Shown here: positions 34,482-38,250 of the stretch, in pieces
How the letters are laid out: every line of letters begins with the position of its first letter
How positions within the stretch are numbered: position 1 is the stretch's first letter
DNA from: Nemertoderma westbladi
Lineage: Eukaryota > Animalia > Xenacoelomorpha
NCBI GenBank assembly: GCA_032718475.1
Contig: JAUCBJ010000647.1
Location: 1 to 38,250 of the forward strand
DNA: 38,250 bases
Direction: 5' to 3'
Made by a program: the position numbers and the translations under genes
Notes under the pieces: model-generated
What the model was told of the DNA's origin: nothing
The model's database searches: none
The model's input: the letters and a program-made list of their open reading frames with translations, nothing else

Positions 34482-35814
34482 AGTTTGTAATTATAATTAT
34501 GATAATATTAGTGTTAATTTTTAATTTCTTTTATCTTTTAAATATTTTTAGACATAGTCAGCACCCGATTACTTTCTGCCAACAGTAAGCCAACTATGCC
34601 TTGTTGGTTTCTCCCTCAATATCGTCATAATAATCATAATAATAGTCAATATAGTCATAGGTCTCGGATCTATTTAACGGAACCGTCAAAATTATGAAGT
34701 CTGTGAAGGTTTCCCCAACAGAAGCGGATGCTTCTGGGAGCACTTTATGTACCGCTTTAAAAATCGCTTTAAATACTGTATAATTAATATTGCTTTAAAA
34801 ATATTATAGGAGCTTGTAATGTATAGGCAATCATCAATGCCGTAATATGCGCCGTCACGCGGTCAGACGGTAGACAATCTGATGTAGCAGGGTAGGGGCC
34901 TCAGTAGCCTAAACTGCTTACTGCGGGATGACGAGTACTCAAGTGACGGAATGAATGCAGGTCAGACCTAATGAACAAGCCTAGAACTCACACTGTAGTA
35001 CCATGGCCTACTATATATAGTAGGCCATGGTAGTAGTAGCCCTTAATGTGTCAGTGAATTTATATTTCGCGAAGGGTTATTTAAATAAACAACAATTATT
35101 TGAATTAGAGCCCCTATCTGTTTTGTTTATGAATGCTATCGAACGATGAGAGTGCGATATGTGCCACCTATCAGTTAATCGATAGCTTTCAACCAAACTT
35201 TAACCTTTTCGATAACTTTCGCATAAATTCCGGTAGCTTTCGTTAGCTTTCGGTAATTGTCCTCTTTCAGAACTATCGCGTTGTTGCTCTCTCCATGGCA
35301 CCCAGCGGCTAAAAATAGAGCTACAATAATAGATAAATCGAATCTAATAAATAATAGAGAAAAATAGATAGCAAGACCTAGAAATAGTCGCCTTAAACAT
35401 TTAAAAATTATTGTAAAATAGATTATTATTGCTCGCTCACAATTCTGTGTAACAACACAAGACATTTAGCGAATGAGAAATGAGTTAACAGTTCACACGT
35501 CCTGTGTATATATAGGCCTACAAAATAGAACACAATCATATTATTGGTCGCAGTCTGTGAGTTTCACAAACTGAAAACACTTAACAGAGACACCAGACTC
35601 AGACACCACATCTTACTGTCCCATACCATATGTTTATTAGATAGCGGCTGTTACATAGTGGATCCTTTGTAGGTTCAATGGTAAGTAGTGATGTAGTGAC
35701 AAACAATCACGAACTAACCCAGTTAAAGTGTGCATTAGATACCTGCTGTTACATCTCCACTTTGTCCACTTATCGCGGTTTTATTAAAGTAGAGCGAAAA
35801 AAGGCCGTCATCTT

Positions 35815-36170
35815 TAGGGAGGGGGGAGTGGGGGTACCCCCTACTAGGGTGAAATTTTTTAGATTTTTTGTTTTTTATTTTATCTGATGCAGAATTTAAT
35901 GGGGATTTCAAAACTTAAATCGGCTTGGCGAGATCTTTTTAGTTCTTGACTTATCACGCTGTCTTTCCGTCTACCAGTTTGTGGAGAAAATTTAGAAGAC
36001 AAACAGACAGACAAACCGTTAGGCAGACATATTAGATACCACCAAATATTAAAACTGACATCGGAAATAAAATCACTGACACCGAAAACCCCCTTTTTGC
36101 GAATTTTAGTAAGGTCACAGTCTTGTTAGCACTTCTGGCAGGAACCACTCAGATCTGGTCAAGATCACCT
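35815..36170. mobile_element. Possible Helitron/Helentron-type non-autonomous repeat
   Basis: GGGGGTACCCCC palindrome, (CAGA/CAAA)n microsatellite at ~35997-36017, CCGAAAACCCC motif; termini not defined. Confidence 0.3.
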
Positions 36171-36199
36171 TAAATATACAAAAGGCCTACCTATCGAAT

Positions 36200-36652
36200 A
36201 TCGCCATAAAACTATTATTAGAGTTTGTAATGAATAGGTCATCATCAATGCTCAACGCCACCACGCGGTCAGCAGACGGTAGCCGGTCTGATGGTAGCAG
36301 GGTAGGGATGGGGACCGCAGTACCCTAGGCCTACCGGACTGCTGTAGGCCTACTGACTACAGGTCAGGCCTAATGAACAAGTCTACACGTAGCACTGTTG
36401 TATTAGTAGAGCCCTTACTGTGTCAATGAATTTATATTTCGCAAAAGAATATTATTTGAAATTAAACAGCAATTATTTGAATTAGAGCCCATATCACTTT
36501 TGTTTATGAATGCTATCGAACAATGAAAGTGCAAAATGTGCCCCCTATCAGTGAATGGATGGATAGCTTTAAACCCTACTTTAACTTTTTCGATAACTTT
36601 CCCATAACTTTCGGTAGCTTTCATTAGCTTTCGGTAATTGTCCTCTTTCAGA
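36200..36652 (+). repeat. Older diverged copy of ~34790-35262
   Basis: Collinear matches CATCAATGC, CACGCGGTCAG, CCTAATGAACAAG, GAATGCTATCGAAC, TTAGCTTTCGGTAATTGTCCTCTTTCAGAA. Confidence 0.85.
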
Positions 36653-36861
36653 AATATCCGATATAAGGCACTATTATCCCTTATTTCCCTTCAATATACT
36701 GTACAGTATATTCCAAGCCTGTTTCAATGTACAGAAATTAGGTCTACATGAAATAATGCAAATGTTATTAATACTGTAGTTACATTTTCATTTACAGTAG
36801 TATTGGCAAATTCAGAGAGACTTTCCTGTAAACAAAATTAAAAGATTTTCAAAAAACGTAG

Positions 36862-37142
36862 CAGACACGTGTGAGTGTATTGAACGAGTTAACCGTATGT
36901 ATATACGGTACGGGGAAAAATACTACAGTAAGATACGTGGAGTGTGTTGGACAGACCAACAGTATGTACTGTACGAGAGACACGTGTGAGTCTACAGTAA
37001 GTGTGTTGAACGAACTATATAACTGAATGTGCTGAGTATAAGTGTGTTGGACAGACCAACAGTATGTACTGTACGAGAGACACGTGTGAGTTTAAGTGTG
37101 TTGAACGAACTATATAACTGAATGTGCTGAGTATAAGTGTAT
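36862..37142. repeat. ~100-bp tandem repeat, 2-3 units
   Basis: GTGTGTTGGACAGACCAACAGTATGTACTGTACGAGAGACACGTGTGAGT and GTGTGTTGAACGAACTATATAAC each repeated. Confidence 0.85.
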
Positions 37143-37211
37143 GAAACATTAATAATCGTAAATCATTACCCGAGGCTGCAATCTCAGCGCAATTATATTT
37201 AGAAACAAACT

Positions 37212-37517
37212 TATAGAGTGGCGAAACTACAGTACAGTAGTGGTATCACTGATATGTTGGTAGGTATATACTGTATAGAGTGGCGACACTACAGTTACAG
37301 TAGTGGTATCAATGATATGTTGGTAGGTATATACTGTATAGAGTGGCGACACTACAGTACAGTAGTGGTATCACTGATATGTTGGTAGGTATATACTGTA
37401 TAGAGTGGCGACACTACCGTACAGTAGTGGTATCACTGATATGTTGGGAGGTATATACTGTATAGAGTGGCGACACTACAGTACAGTAGTTGTATCACTG
37501 ATATGTTGGTAGGTATA
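37212..37517. repeat. 62-bp minisatellite x5
   Basis: TATAGAGTGGCGACACTACAGTACAGTAGTGGTATCACTGATATGTTGGTAGGTATATACTG at 37212, 37274, 37337, 37399, 37461. Confidence 0.95.
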
Positions 37518-38250
37518 TGTTCGCGCTTTCAGACCTTTGGCAGTTTAACCCACCAAATTAAGATGTCTTCTAGATATTAAATCTGCTTTTAGTCTATGAC
37601 AAGTATTTGATTCACTACACTAGTCGAAACCAATCCGTGCGCGACCATTCACCCGCTGGATATTCCCGGGAGATTGGGTTCGACGGTTTAATTTTATTGC
37701 TATGTAAGCCTAATGTATTATTCGACTGACAGTATTATATAATCTCTGACAATATTATTCACCTTCGGTAATATTAACAGTTCCTTTAGGACGTGGCGCT
37801 TTATCTATATAAACAGAGTTATGACTTAAACTACTCACAACGATATGGCTTAATTATAATTCACATATATGGCGCATTCTTTAGGAATTGCTTCTTTAAC
37901 AGACTCACTCATACACAATGCTGCACAATACTGCACACTAATCTGCCAATCTTCACTGATTTTAGTCACATATAAAAGGAACACAGGCTGACTCATGTAG
38001 GGTCTATCAAATAACATTAGATTCACTTCAAACCACTTTAACATAAGTCACAATCGTTATTGGTAACCTTTCTCTCTTACCTTCGGTATATCAAGAATAT
38101 TGGGTTGCGGGGTTATTTATCGTTATTCCAAATATAATAATTCATCAACCATATTATGAAGAACTGACAGTAAATAGCAGTATAAAACAACAACTGAACG
38201 GTTAGGTATATCGGTACATCAGTACCGGTATGTCAGCATTGAGATATTTA
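37518..38250 (-). mobile_element. Diverged LTR of the same BEL lineage, truncated by window end
   Basis: Starts TGTTCGCGCTTT.AGACCTTTGGCAGTTTAACC and aligns by eye with 12397 onward to about 38180, with many substitutions. Confidence 0.9.

Larger units (their letters stand above)
33559..34914 (+). repeat. Local direct duplication (33559-33837 and 34644-34914) flanking repeat fragments
   Basis: Both units start AGTCAATATAGTCATAGG and end AGCCTAAAC. Confidence 0.9.

Noticed and set aside
37212-37517. CRISPR-like array
   Set aside because: Units are head-to-tail with no unique spacers, no cas genes, eukaryotic context.

Overview
AT-rich eukaryotic (invertebrate-like) genomic DNA made mostly of transposable elements; nothing here looks prokaryotic. 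The only clear host gene is a two-exon minus-strand gene (30882-33009) that the ORF track misses because it is spliced. It encodes a 92-aa secreted Ly6/uPAR (three-finger-like) protein with an RGD tripeptide and a terminal CC...CN motif. A second copy at 7711-8224 has had its 3' end replaced by a LINE fragment. The two copies are separated by a four-level nest with readable junctions: a Pao fragment holds a LINE (10178-29104), which holds a BEL/Pao element (12397-28136, 1207-bp LTRs, ACATA TSD), which holds a Gypsy element (18669-22659, 188-bp LTRs, GCTAT TSD). Also present: an L2/Crack-like LINE with a PHD-APE-RT ORF2 whose ORF1 is split by a hAT-like element, a piggyBac-like and other MITEs, tRNA-derived SINEs, minisatellites and a diverged third BEL LTR. 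Coordinates and translations were read by eye; family calls rest on motifs, not database searches.
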